A DNA stretch of 64,000 nucleotides from Deltaproteobacteria bacterium. GTDB lineage: Bacteria; Desulfobacterota; Desulfobacteria; Desulfobacterales; JAUWMJ01. The DNA lies in assembly GCA_030638575.1 (NCBI GenBank), contig DAOWEJ010000103.1, forward strand, positions 5,417 through 69,416, written 5' to 3'. The position numbers were made by a program, and so were the translations under genes. Position 1 is the stretch's first letter. Each line of letters begins with the position of its first letter. Of the stretch, positions 44,622-54,382 are shown piece by piece. The notes under the pieces were generated by a model, which did no database searches, was not told where the DNA came from, and was given only the letters and a program-made list of their open reading frames with translations.

Positions 44622-45530
44622 ATGAGAATTGTAACGAGACCTGATTTTGACGGTATTGTTTGTGCAGCGCTTCTTTATGATGTAGAAAATATAACGGAAG
44701 CTGTGAAGTGGGTCGAGCCAAGTGATATGCAAAGAGGCCTGGTTGAAATTAGAGTGGGTGACATCATTGCGAACCTGCCCTATGTTGAAAAATGCTCATT
44801 GTGGTTTGATCATCATTATACAAATAAGATAAGCAAACCGTTTAAAGGAGCTTTCGAGATTGCACCATCAGCCGCAGGGGTAATTTTTAAGTATTACAAA
44901 GATAAATTTAAGCACGATTACATAGAATTAATTAAAGAAGCAGATAAAATTGATTCAGCGAATTTATCTTTAGACGAGGTTCTTTATCCTGAGAAGTATG
45001 ACTACATACTCCTTTCCATGACGATTTCAAACCGGGATGAGTCTGATGAAGCTTACTGGAACAGGCTCGTTGATTTAATAAGAAGACATAAAGTCAGTAC
45101 TATTATTGAGGATACGGAAGTAAAAGAACGCTGTAAGGTGGTTGCCGAAGAGAACAAAGAGTATAAAGAGTTTTTAATAAAATATACACAGGTAAAAGAT
45201 CATGTGGCTATTACCGATTTTCGTTCTTTAGGTAAAACGCCGAACGGGAATCGTTTCCTGGCCTATTCTTTGTTTCCGGAATCGGTTGTGAATGTTTATA
45301 TCCGTTATGATAACAAAGATAGAAATATGATTGCGTTAAGTGTAGGACATAGTATTTTTAATCGAAATTGCAATGTAAATGCCGGGCTTATGCTTTCCAG
45401 ATTTGAAGGCGGCGGGCATAGGGGGGCAGCTTCATGCCGTTTTTATGCCGGCAAGGCAGATGATTATATCCCTGAAATTATAGAAATATTATTAAAAAAC
45501 GAGTCAAATGAAAAGGAAATTGTAAGATAA
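44622..45530 (+). CDS. DHH-superfamily phosphoesterase-like protein (NrnB-like)
   Basis: N-terminal RPDFDGIVCAALL (DxD-type motif) and WFDHHYT (DHH motif); 302 aa. Confidence 0.6.
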   Translation: MRIVTRPDFDGIVCAALLYDVENITEAVKWVEPSDMQRGLVEIRVGDIIANLPYVEKCSLWFDHHYTNKISKPFKGAFEIAPSAAGVIFKYYKDKFKHDYIELIKEADKIDSANLSLDEVLYPEKYDYILLSMTISNRDESDEAYWNRLVDLIRRHKVSTIIEDTEVKERCKVVAEENKEYKEFLIKYTQVKDHVAITDFRSLGKTPNGNRFLAYSLFPESVVNVYIRYDNKDRNMIALSVGHSIFNRNCNVNAGLMLSRFEGGGHRGAASCRFYAGKADDYIPEIIEILLKNESNEKEIVR

Positions 45531-45533
45531 CGA

Positions 45534-46520
45534 TCAATCCATGGCCCATTTAAACAGACAGCTTCCCCATGTATAGCCTGCACCGAATGCTGAAATTACA
45601 ATCCAGTCTCCTTTTTTCATTAAGTTATCCTGGTAAGCTTCAGACATGGCAAGCGGTATGGTTGCTGCTGTTGTGTTTCCATATTTGCCTATATTAACAA
45701 CCACATGATCCTTATCCAGTTCCATCTTTTTTGCTACAGCATCGATGATTCGGTAATTTGCCTGGTGGGGAATCAAAAACCTTATATCCTTTCCGATGAG
45801 GTTGTTTTTTTTCATAATCTGTAAGGAGACATCCGCCATGTCTGTTACAGCACGTTTGAAGACAGCTTTCCCGTCCTGATAAACATAATGCCGCTTTTTA
45901 TTTACTGTTTCCTGAGAGGCAGGTTTTAAGCTGCCTCCGGCATCCACATATAAAGATTTGTAACCACTCCCGTCAAGATGAAGGATAAAATCTTCAATAC
46001 CAAGATCGTTGTTAGATGGCTCAAGCAATACTGCTCCGGCAGCATCTCCAAATAAGACGCAGGTGTTGCGGTCCTCATAATCAACAATTGCACTCATTTT
46101 ATCAGCACCGATAACCATAACCTTTTGATGCTTCCCGGTTTCTATGAACTGAGACGCTATGGATAAAGCATAAACAAATCCGGTACAACCACCGTTCAAA
46201 TCAAATCCCCAGCAATTTGATGCTTTCAGTTCATTTTGAACCAATGCAGCAGTTGCAGGAACCAGCATGTCAGGAGTTACAGTGGCAACGATTATTAAAT
46301 CTAGTTCATCCGGGGAAATATTTTTTTGTGAAAGGACCATTTCTGCGGCCTTGACAGCCATAAAGGATGTTCCTTTACCTTTTTCAAGAATTCTTCTTTC
46401 TTTAACCCCTGTACGGGTAGTTATCCATTCATCGTTGGTATCTACCATTTGTTCAAGATCTTTGTTGGTAAGCTTGTTCTCAGGAGCAAAATGTCCTACT
46501 CCGGTAATAATCGCTCGCAT
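45534..46520 (-). CDS. fabH: 3-oxoacyl-ACP synthase III
   Basis: Canonical length and motifs: GGCTGFVYAL, PHQANYRII, GNTTAATIPL, GAGYTWGS. Confidence 0.93.
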   Translation of the reverse strand: MRAIITGVGHFAPENKLTNKDLEQMVDTNDEWITTRTGVKERRILEKGKGTSFMAVKAAEMVLSQKNISPDELDLIIVATVTPDMLVPATAALVQNELKASNCWGFDLNGGCTGFVYALSIASQFIETGKHQKVMVIGADKMSAIVDYEDRNTCVLFGDAAGAVLLEPSNNDLGIEDFILHLDGSGYKSLYVDAGGSLKPASQETVNKKRHYVYQDGKAVFKRAVTDMADVSLQIMKKNNLIGKDIRFLIPHQANYRIIDAVAKKMELDKDHVVVNIGKYGNTTAATIPLAMSEAYQDNLMKKGDWIVISAFGAGYTWGSCLFKWAMD

Positions 46521-46715
46521 TCAAGTCCTCCTAAAATGTATTTTATTAAAATAGACAGGCTATGATATGAAATTGTCTGATGTAATATCCTAAAATAAAA
46601 TAATTTGTAAAGAGATATATTCTTTTTGGATAAGTTGATACATAAAGTTCTTTATGTTAAGTCACTCATAGGTTGATTGATATGGCATTGAAATTTCCTG
46701 TATAAAGGAGATAAG

Positions 46716-48422
46716 ATGGAAAAACACCAGGATATAAAGCGGCTGCTGATAAAAATATATGGCGAAGAAAAAGGAAATCCGGCGTTTATTAAAATAAACT
46801 CATTGATAGAAAAATTTCCGGTAAAAAAAGAAAGAAAAAACGGATATTTTTCCCAGGACGATGTTGTATTGATAACATATGGTGACACTTTAAATAAAAA
46901 AAGGGAAAAACCTTTGGTTACGCTTCATGAATTTGCAAACGGGTATCTAAAAGGCGCATTTTCACACATACATTTTTTGCCTTTTTACCCTTTTTCTTCA
47001 GACGATGGTTTTTCCGTTATCGATTTTTTTTCCGTTAATCCGGAACTGGGTTCATGGGGGGATATAGAATCAACAGGAACCGATTTCAAATTGATGTTCG
47101 ATCTTGTATTAAATCATATTTCAGCAAAAAGTAAGTGGTTTGAATATTATTTAGAAGAAGAAGAAAGCTTTAAGGAGCTCGCCATTGAAGTCGATCCGTC
47201 TACCGACATGTCAATGGTTACCCGCCCACGATCGTTACCGCTTTTAACTGAAGTTAAAAAACAATCCGGCGAAATCGCCCATGTCTGGACAACATTCAGT
47301 GCGGATCAAATCGATCTGAACTTTAAAAGCATAGATGTTCTTGAGAAAATGGTTGAAGCTCTTTTATATTACGTACGTCAGGGGGCAACCATCATACGGC
47401 TTGATGCCATTGCATATTTATGGAAGGAGATTGGGACGACCTGTATTCATCTGAACCGGACTCATGATGTGGTGAAACTGTTTCGTTTGATACTCGATAA
47501 AGCAGCTCCCTACGTCATGATACTTACAGAGACCAATGTACCCCACGATGAAAATATCAGCTATTTTGGTGATGGCCGGAATGAGGCACAGATGGTTTAT
47601 AATTTTACATTGCCACCACTTTTGTTTTATTCCTTTGTAAAAGAAGATGCATCTGCTCTATCAGCCTGGGCAAAGGGGCTGGCTTTAAAATCCGACAGCA
47701 ACACTTTTTTTAACTTCACAGCTTCACATGACGGCATTGGTGTCAGGCCCCTTGAAGGGATATTACCGGCAGAGGAAATAAATAAGCTTGTCAAGACCGT
47801 CAAAAATAATGGTGGGAGAGTTTCATATAAAACAAATCCAGACGGTTCAGAAAGTCCTTATGAGCTGAATATTACCTATATAGATGCTTTCTTAAATAAG
47901 AAATATAAGCCTGATATATATCACGCACAAAGATTTTTGGCCTCTCAGGCGATTGCGTATTCTATTCCCGGAGTTCCTGCAACGTATATTCACAGTCTGC
48001 TTGGTTCAAGGAACTGGGAGGAAGGGGTCATACAAACCAAGAGGGTAAGAACAATAAACAGAGAAAAATTGCAAATAGATAACGTGCTGTTACAACTAAA
48101 AAATCCTGAAACTTTTCGTTCCAGGATCTTTTTTCCTTATATCGAAATGATTAAAGTCAGAAAAAAGCAGCCTGCTTTCAATCCAAATGCTGCTTTTAAA
48201 ATAATAGACGTTGGCCCAAAAATTTTTGCAATAGCAAGATATAGTAAAAACCAGACTATATATGCTCTTATAAATATTTCACCAATGCATGTTTCTTGTT
48301 CATTGAAGGAAGACGGTCTGCCTTCAATGTTTAAGGACCTTCTTACAGGGGAAAGATTCGCAGCTGATTCACTACGGTTAAATCCGTATCAATATGTATG
48401 GCTTGCTGTTACAAGTGTATGA
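46716..48422 (+). CDS. GH13 sucrose-phosphorylase-like sugar phosphorylase
   Basis: FLPFYPFSSDDGFSVIDF, LVLNHIS, IIRLDAIAYLWKE and TETNVPH are GH13_18-type catalytic signatures. Substrate not inferable by eye. Confidence 0.8.
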   Translation: MEKHQDIKRLLIKIYGEEKGNPAFIKINSLIEKFPVKKERKNGYFSQDDVVLITYGDTLNKKREKPLVTLHEFANGYLKGAFSHIHFLPFYPFSSDDGFSVIDFFSVNPELGSWGDIESTGTDFKLMFDLVLNHISAKSKWFEYYLEEEESFKELAIEVDPSTDMSMVTRPRSLPLLTEVKKQSGEIAHVWTTFSADQIDLNFKSIDVLEKMVEALLYYVRQGATIIRLDAIAYLWKEIGTTCIHLNRTHDVVKLFRLILDKAAPYVMILTETNVPHDENISYFGDGRNEAQMVYNFTLPPLLFYSFVKEDASALSAWAKGLALKSDSNTFFNFTASHDGIGVRPLEGILPAEEINKLVKTVKNNGGRVSYKTNPDGSESPYELNITYIDAFLNKKYKPDIYHAQRFLASQAIAYSIPGVPATYIHSLLGSRNWEEGVIQTKRVRTINREKLQIDNVLLQLKNPETFRSRIFFPYIEMIKVRKKQPAFNPNAAFKIIDVGPKIFAIARYSKNQTIYALINISPMHVSCSLKEDGLPSMFKDLLTGERFAADSLRLNPYQYVWLAVTSV

Positions 48423-48449
48423 ACAGCCTATCTAAAAGAAATTTGTTTA

Positions 48450-48731
48450 TCAGTCGCCGTTGATTTTATCTCTTAGTTTCCCGGAACATTTGAATGTAAC
48501 GACTTTGCGTTCTCTCAGGATTAAGTCTGAACCTGTAGCCGGGTTTCGCCCACGGCGCTGGTTTTTGTATTTCACACAGAATTTCCCAAATCCAGAGATC
48601 AGGACATCGTCTCCCCTCTCAAGCGTGTTTTTCATGATTTCCAAAAGAGATTCAACGATATCAACAGATTTTTTTTTGGTAAAGCCGAGTTCATGTATTC
48701 TTGTAACAATGTCATTCTTGGTTAACGCCAT
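48450..48731 (-). CDS. HU/IHF-family DNA-bending protein (IHF-like)
   Basis: 93 aa. GFGKF...RRGRNPATGSDLILRERKVVTFKCS is the beta-arm signature. Confidence 0.88.
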   Translation of the reverse strand: MALTKNDIVTRIHELGFTKKKSVDIVESLLEIMKNTLERGDDVLISGFGKFCVKYKNQRRGRNPATGSDLILRERKVVTFKCSGKLRDKINGD

Positions 48732-48794
48732 ATTTCCTCCTAAAAGATATTGTTCCGTTTTAATCCGTTATGAATCGATGTTTATTTAATTAAT

Positions 48795-49001
48795 TTAATG
48801 ATTAACGTCAACTGTTATTTTGCCTGTTGGTGGGTCCGATGTTTTTCCATTGGTCATATCTTGTTCCCGGCTTGATACGTACTTTTTAGCAGGAAAAAAA
48901 TTTTCTATTTTTTTCATTGTGTTATCAATGCTTTTCATTATTTCGTCGATTTCAGTTTTTAGCTTTGAATCGTGACTATTAGCCATTAAAGATCGCTCCA
49001 A
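48795..49001 (-). CDS. Hypothetical small protein
   Basis: 68-aa ORF 63 nt upstream of the IHF-like gene, same strand. Helical N-terminus, no motif. Confidence 0.3.
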   Translation of the reverse strand: MERSLMANSHDSKLKTEIDEIMKSIDNTMKKIENFFPAKKYVSSREQDMTNGKTSDPPTGKITVDVNH

Positions 49002-49277
49002 GCAGATTATGTTTTAAAGAAAAGTAGTACTTAAATATACGAAAATAAAAGATATGTCAAGCCGCTTGCAAAAAAATCAGCAACAATTTAGCTGTTTTAA
49101 AGAGTTTTTTTGACTGGATTGCCGGGGCAAATAGGATTTAACTGATTGAAATACAAACTTATTTCTGATTTTTAAACAGAACCTTGTCCGTCACATCAAA
49201 ATATTGCTGTGGAGGCTTTTATAAAGCTATAAAAGTCATAAATTATCAATATCTTGACGGAATTGCATTGTTGCCAT

Positions 49278-49453
49278 CGCTTTTTACGAGTCCATCAATA
49301 TTTGATAATCTCGTAAAAGTCTGATTTAGACGGTTTCGTAAAAAGTTCAAATTCAAGGCGTGCAAATTTTGTAATCATGAGGCGTACTGATCGTACGTTG
49401 AATGATTACGAAATGCAGCACAACGCAGAAGTTGGACTTTTTACGGAATCGTC
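49278..49453 (-). mobile_element. MITE-like repeat family B, copy B4 (49304-49453) preceded by a solo B terminus (49278-49296)
   Basis: GATAATCTCGTAAAAGTC...GACTTTTTACGGAATCGTC is flanked by AATATTT on both sides. An extra CTTTTTACGAGTCCATC lies immediately to the left. Confidence 0.8.
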
Positions 49454-49475
49454 AATATTTCAGAGAGGTTAATTA

Positions 49476-49715
49476 TCATTTGCCGATGGTAACACTACTG
49501 TCTTTAAACAAATCTCTTATCCCGGCTTTCCTTAAGGAAGGGTTAATAAATAGTTTATATTTTTTTGCTCCTCTCGCATCAACAAAAGTGTTGTTAAAGG
49601 TTAAATCGGTCTTTTTTAAAAATTTAATACTTCGGTCCATTAGTATAAAATGGAAATTCAAGGCCAAAAAAGTAAGAGCTCCTGCAATGATAATAACAAT
49701 AAATGATTTTTTCAT
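49476..49715 (-). CDS. Hypothetical small membrane-anchored protein
   Basis: N-terminal TM helix (FIVIIIAGALTFLALNF) and basic remainder; 79 aa. Confidence 0.4.
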   Translation of the reverse strand: MKKSFIVIIIAGALTFLALNFHFILMDRSIKFLKKTDLTFNNTFVDARGAKKYKLFINPSLRKAGIRDLFKDSSVTIGK

Positions 49716-49796
49716 AAAGGACCTCCTTAATCTGGATGATAAATTTTAATTATGGAATAATAAATACGGGGTGATTTTTTAAAAAAATAGTCAGGG

Positions 49797-50291
49797 CTAA
49801 ATCAGTTTATCTATACTAAGATCCGGTTCTTTTTTATCAAATCTTTCGCCGGTTTTCAGCGTATCAAAAAATATATCAATTACACCTTTATGAATAACAA
49901 ACTTGCTTTTCAATAATTCTTTAAATTCCATGAAATCGGGTTCATTAAAAAGACGGTCGATTTCATATGCTCTTTTATTCAATTGCCTGCAATATTTGTC
50001 AATAATAGTCTGGGGCGCCGTCCCTCTTTTTTTTGCAACCCTTTTGGTTGCCTCTGTTCTCGAATATCCATTTATTTCCATTTCATATACAACCTCAAAA
50101 ATTTGTGATAATGCTTTTGGTACGCCCTTTATAATAATAGGAGGACTAGTACTAGTATCAGCTCCTTGCTTTTTACTTTCACTGAAAAGGAGTCTGTTCA
50201 GAACAGAATTTGGTGTGTCTGTAAATGGCTCAGCAAACATTTTAAGATGGTTCCAGACGTTATCGTCTATTTCAATTTGATGCATTTTCAT
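49797..50291 (-). CDS. Hypothetical protein with SeqA-N/ribbon-helix-helix-like N-terminus
   Basis: MKMHQIEIDDNVWNHLKMFAEPFTDTPNSVLNRLL resembles the SeqA N-terminal pattern (TIEVDDELY...SDILRRML). GGGAGG lies 6 nt upstream of ATG 50291. Confidence 0.45.
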   Translation of the reverse strand: MKMHQIEIDDNVWNHLKMFAEPFTDTPNSVLNRLLFSESKKQGADTSTSPPIIIKGVPKALSQIFEVVYEMEINGYSRTEATKRVAKKRGTAPQTIIDKYCRQLNKRAYEIDRLFNEPDFMEFKELLKSKFVIHKGVIDIFFDTLKTGERFDKKEPDLSIDKLI

Positions 50292-50553
50292 GTTATGCCT
50301 CCCAATTGTGCTAGTATAATAATAATTAAACGAAAGTTTTTTAAGCAAGTCAAGTACTTTTTCGTAAAATACAAAAAATAGTTGCAGTTAAAAATATCAG
50401 CAGCATCGAAAGTTTAGAAAAGATCATTAAGCGGCTTGAGAGCGGCACAAGATTCTGTTATATAAAAAGCCACAGACAACTTGAAAATTGAGCGCTTTTT
50501 AAAGGCCTCACTGATGCCGCACACAAAACGCACCATGTTATCGGAGATAACTT

Positions 50554-51297
50554 ATGGGAAGATGTAACATTTATATAAACACCGCAGTCTTTCTGTCAGT
50601 TATTATCGTTTGTGGTTGCTTGTATAGGACAAAAACACCTATTGATGCTTTGGTTTATGAGGCGAAAGGGAATAAAAAAAACACGCAGCTCTTTGTTTTT
50701 CTAAGGGGAATGGGAGGCAGTCACAAGAACTTTAAAAAAAATGGTTTTGTTGATGCTGTGCGAGACAGGGAGTTGCCTTTTGATATGGTCGCTCCAAATA
50801 CTCATTTGGGGTATTATAATGATCGCAGTCTTGAATTGCGGTTGAAAAAAGATATCATTGACCCTGCCAGGGCCAGTGGATATAAAAAAATCTGGTTGGT
50901 TGGCGTTTCATTAGGAGGCCTGGGGTCGATTTTTTATGTTAGAAAGTACCCGGATGACATTGAAGGGGTGATTACAATAGCGCCGTTCCTTGGTTCAGGT
51001 GCTATAGTTAAAGAGATTGAAAAAGCCGGCGGATTGAAAAAATGGAATCCCGGGATGTATGATGAAAAAGATTGGCAGCGTTTGCTCTGGCACTGGCTGA
51101 AAGTATATACTCGGCAGGATAAGGATTTGCCTCCACTTTACATCGGTTATGGACAAAGTGATATAAATTCGCGTGCGAATAACTTGCTGGCGGAAGTATT
51201 GCCAAGAGAACAGGTCGTTATGATCAAAGGGAGACATTCAAATTCTACGTTTAAAAAATTATGGGAAATCTTTCTTGATGGTTTTATAAAAAGTTAA
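50554..51297 (+). CDS. Alpha/beta-hydrolase lipoprotein
   Basis: Lipobox-like IIVCGC, nucleophile elbow GVSLGG, and a late GRH segment. Confidence 0.7.
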   Translation: MGRCNIYINTAVFLSVIIVCGCLYRTKTPIDALVYEAKGNKKNTQLFVFLRGMGGSHKNFKKNGFVDAVRDRELPFDMVAPNTHLGYYNDRSLELRLKKDIIDPARASGYKKIWLVGVSLGGLGSIFYVRKYPDDIEGVITIAPFLGSGAIVKEIEKAGGLKKWNPGMYDEKDWQRLLWHWLKVYTRQDKDLPPLYIGYGQSDINSRANNLLAEVLPREQVVMIKGRHSNSTFKKLWEIFLDGFIKS

Positions 51298-51423
51298 TTA
51301 CTTACTTTTACAAAGCATTTACGGTTTTAGGATTTAAGTATTTGAACAGATAATTGCTTTAACCTAAAACATATTAGATACGGTTTTTACGAATACATTA
51401 ACTCGACTTTAAGGAGAAATAAA

Positions 51424-51984
51424 ATGGAAAAAGTACAGCTTGGTCCTCAGACATTGCTTTACCCGATGCCCGCAGTTTTGGTCGGTTCAAAAGTGGACGA
51501 AACCCCCAATTTTATGACAGCCGCGTGGTGTGGCATTGCATCGCACAAACCGCCGGCCATCTCTGTTGCAATTCGGGAAGGCCGTTTTACAATGAAAGGT
51601 ATCAAAGAGAAAGGAATGTTCTCTATCAATGTACCATCAGCCGACCTTGTTAAAAAAGTCGATTTTTGTGGAATTTACTCCGGAAAAAAAAAGGACAAGT
51701 CTCAATTTTTTCAAATTTATTATGGCGTATTGGAGACAGTCCCCCTTATTCAGGAGTGCCCGGTAAATCTTGAATGCAAGGTAATCCATTCCCTTGACCT
51801 GGGAAGTCATACACTGGTCGTTGGCGAAATAATGGAGACTTACATAAATAAAGATTGCTTAACCGATGGTAAAGCAGATGCCGAAAAGATAGATCCTCTG
51901 GTCTATTCAAGCGGCACCACACAATACCAGCGTTTGGGAGAGGTTATAGGCAAAGCATTTCATATCGGAAAGGAGAAGCCATGA
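51424..51984 (+). CDS. Flavin reductase-like (split-barrel FMN-binding) protein
   Basis: YPMPAVLVGS...NFMTAAW...S..PP is typical of the flavin reductase domain family. Confidence 0.75.
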   Translation: MEKVQLGPQTLLYPMPAVLVGSKVDETPNFMTAAWCGIASHKPPAISVAIREGRFTMKGIKEKGMFSINVPSADLVKKVDFCGIYSGKKKDKSQFFQIYYGVLETVPLIQECPVNLECKVIHSLDLGSHTLVVGEIMETYINKDCLTDGKADAEKIDPLVYSSGTTQYQRLGEVIGKAFHIGKEKP

Positions 51985-52451
51985 TAGAAATAGCCATTCC
52001 CGGATACAAGACCATAAAGCTTAAACACCTTGTCCTGGATCACAACGGCACCCTTGCCTGTGATGGAATTCTAATAAAAGGGGTTAAGGAATGCCTGGTG
52101 ACACTGGCATCTGATTTGCAAATCCATGTTCTTACTGCAGATACTTTCGGCAAGGCCCGTTCTCAGCTTGAAGGTGTTCCATGCGAATTGTCAATCCTTC
52201 CGGCAGACAATCAGGATGTGGGTAAACTGGAATATGTTAAAAACCTTGGCTGTGAAAATGCGGTTTGCATCGGAAACGGCCGTAACGATAAGTTAATGCT
52301 GAAAGAAGCAGTCCTTGGTATTGCTGTTGTTCTTAAAGAAGGTGTTGCTGTGGAAACCCTGGTTTCAGCAGATGTTGTTTGCACGAGTATTATTTCAGCT
52401 CTGGAGATTTTGATGCACCCACTGAGGCTGACTGCGACATTGCGGTCTTAA
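51981..52451 (+). CDS. HAD-superfamily protein (soluble P-type-ATPase-like HAD domain)
   Basis: LVLDHNGTLA (DxxGT motif I) and GNGRND (motif IV). ATGA start/stop overlap with the upstream gene. Confidence 0.7.
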   Translation: MIEIAIPGYKTIKLKHLVLDHNGTLACDGILIKGVKECLVTLASDLQIHVLTADTFGKARSQLEGVPCELSILPADNQDVGKLEYVKNLGCENAVCIGNGRNDKLMLKEAVLGIAVVLKEGVAVETLVSADVVCTSIISALEILMHPLRLTATLRS

Positions 52452-52526
52452 GGGGGAAACTGCTACTGGTGATTCTTTGTTGCTGGACTCCTTGAATCCT
52501 GGGACCCTGATCAATCGACCAACTCT

Positions 52527-53033
52527 TTGGGAGATGATCCTAAAATTAATGCAATGGCTAATGGCATGAAAAAACCGAATCCAAAACATATAAAATCAAT
52601 TCGCAACATTATAAATTCATCTCCTTACCCGGCATTGCTCTCCATGAAGCTAATGGATATAGGGAGAGGATTTGCTGTAATTGAAATTGATATAGAAAAA
52701 AAGCATACGCAGCTCTTGGGTGCTGTTCATGGTGGTGTGTTAGCATCGTTAATTGATACAGTAGCCTTTTGGGCTGTCTATTATGGCATAGAAAAGCAGA
52801 ATACCTGGCTGACATCCGTTGACCTGAAACTTAATTACCTTGCGCCCATGATATCAGGTAAGCTTATTGCAAAGGGGCGGCAGATCAAGGTTGGAAGAAA
52901 GCTTTGCTATGCAGAGGCTGAAGTCAAAAGTGAAAATGACAAGATGATAGCCCATGGGTCTTCAACACTTATGATTATGCCTAAATTGGATATTACAACA
53001 GATTTTTCTTTTCCCCCCAAATTTATTGAGTAA
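52527..53033 (+). CDS. PaaI-type hotdog-fold thioesterase
   Basis: GAVHGGVLASLIDT and a late GR...KLCYAEAEV pattern. The start is uncertain: TTG 52527, or ATG at 52554 or 52566. Confidence 0.75.
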   Translation: MGDDPKINAMANGMKKPNPKHIKSIRNIINSSPYPALLSMKLMDIGRGFAVIEIDIEKKHTQLLGAVHGGVLASLIDTVAFWAVYYGIEKQNTWLTSVDLKLNYLAPMISGKLIAKGRQIKVGRKLCYAEAEVKSENDKMIAHGSSTLMIMPKLDITTDFSFPPKFIE

Positions 53034-53294
53034 AAAACTTACTTTAGCTTTTTAAAAAGAAAGAGTAATACAAATCCAAACCGGTGAAAGAAAGGGTTTT
53101 GAGCCTATTTAAATCGTAATATAATTATAGGAACTACTATAGAAAAAAATATTAGCCGACAGTAAAAAAACTCTTGATTAGTTGTTTTCAACCTGTTAAT
53201 GGCAGCAATCATAAGCTTGAGCCACAACTACTCATTTCCAGCAAAAGGCCTTGCCATTTGACGGATATTTGGTGTGATTCAGGTTGATACATTA

Positions 53295-53366
53295 GCCCGG
53301 ACCGTATTTATCATTTTGTGTGAGTAAATATAGCCTCCCACCAGTATGGTCCGGGCCTTTTTTTTT
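53295..53366 (+). terminator. Plus-strand intrinsic terminator 260-330 nt downstream of the thioesterase gene
   Basis: GCCCGGACC (53295-53303) pairs with GGTCCGGGC (53348-53356), followed by nine T residues. The minus-strand side has no U-tract. Confidence 0.6.
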
Positions 53367-53385
53367 GTTTAATAGCTTTTTAGCC

Positions 53386-54378
53386 TTAACCGCCGATTGA
53401 AGACATCTGACATGAAACGTTACCGGTATGGTTGATGGAAAGGTTGTGGTCGGAGGGTTTATGACGTACAGCCGCCAGGAAAATCTCAGATATTTCGGTG
53501 TCGGAACATCCTTTTCTCATAATGCTCCTAAGATCTTCCTGATGGTCTGATAAAAGGCATGGTCTAAGCTGCCCGCTTGCCGTTAATCTCAGCCTGTTGC
53601 ATTTATTGCAGAAGTGATGGCTCAAGGCACCTATAAATCCTATTTCTCCCTTTGCCCCTTCAAGTTTATAGCGTTCCGCCGGCCCGTCATGTATATCTTT
53701 CGTAACCGGAACAAGTTTTCCAAGCACATTAATCCTTTTTTTTATTTCAGGGACAAGCAAAAGCGGGCCGTATTTCATACGGGATTTCCCGATGGGCATA
53801 TATTCGATAAATCGTATATGAAAGGGGTATGAAAATGACAAGGCGGCAAAATCTGTCATTTCATTTTCATTAACTCCGTTAAGTGCCACCATATTCAGTT
53901 TAATGGGATCAAATCCCATTTCATGAGCAATCTTTATTCCTTCCCATACATGATCAAACCTGTCATATCCGGTTATTTCTCTGTATTTATTTTTATTTAA
54001 TGTGTCTAAGCTGATGTTAATCCGTTTTATACCGGCAGCCTTGATTTTTTCTATATTATCTTTGAGAAAAACACCGTTTGTTGTCAGGGCAATATCGCAA
54101 AGTCCGTCTATCCGGGACAGTTGGGACAGAAAATCGTAAACACCTTTTCTGACAAGGGGTTCACCACCTGTTATCCTTACCTTGGAGATGCCCAGGCTAA
54201 CGCCCACCCTGACAATCCGTAAAATTTCTTCATAGCTTAAGATATCGCTATGCGGAAGCCTTGGAATAAGATCCCGGGGCATGCAATAGATACATTGCAG
54301 GTTACACCGGTCGGTAATTGATATGCGAAGGTAGTTAAGGTGCCGGTTGTATTTGTCGATTAATTTTTGTTTCGGCAA
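53386..54378 (-). CDS. moaA: GTP 3',8-cyclase MoaA
   Basis: LRISITDRCNLQCIYCMP radical SAM motif, a C-terminal second cluster (CNKCNRLRLTASG) and GG tail. TTG start. Confidence 0.93.
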   Translation of the reverse strand: MPKQKLIDKYNRHLNYLRISITDRCNLQCIYCMPRDLIPRLPHSDILSYEEILRIVRVGVSLGISKVRITGGEPLVRKGVYDFLSQLSRIDGLCDIALTTNGVFLKDNIEKIKAAGIKRINISLDTLNKNKYREITGYDRFDHVWEGIKIAHEMGFDPIKLNMVALNGVNENEMTDFAALSFSYPFHIRFIEYMPIGKSRMKYGPLLLVPEIKKRINVLGKLVPVTKDIHDGPAERYKLEGAKGEIGFIGALSHHFCNKCNRLRLTASGQLRPCLLSDHQEDLRSIMRKGCSDTEISEIFLAAVRHKPSDHNLSINHTGNVSCQMSSIGG

Positions 54379-54382
54379 TTTC

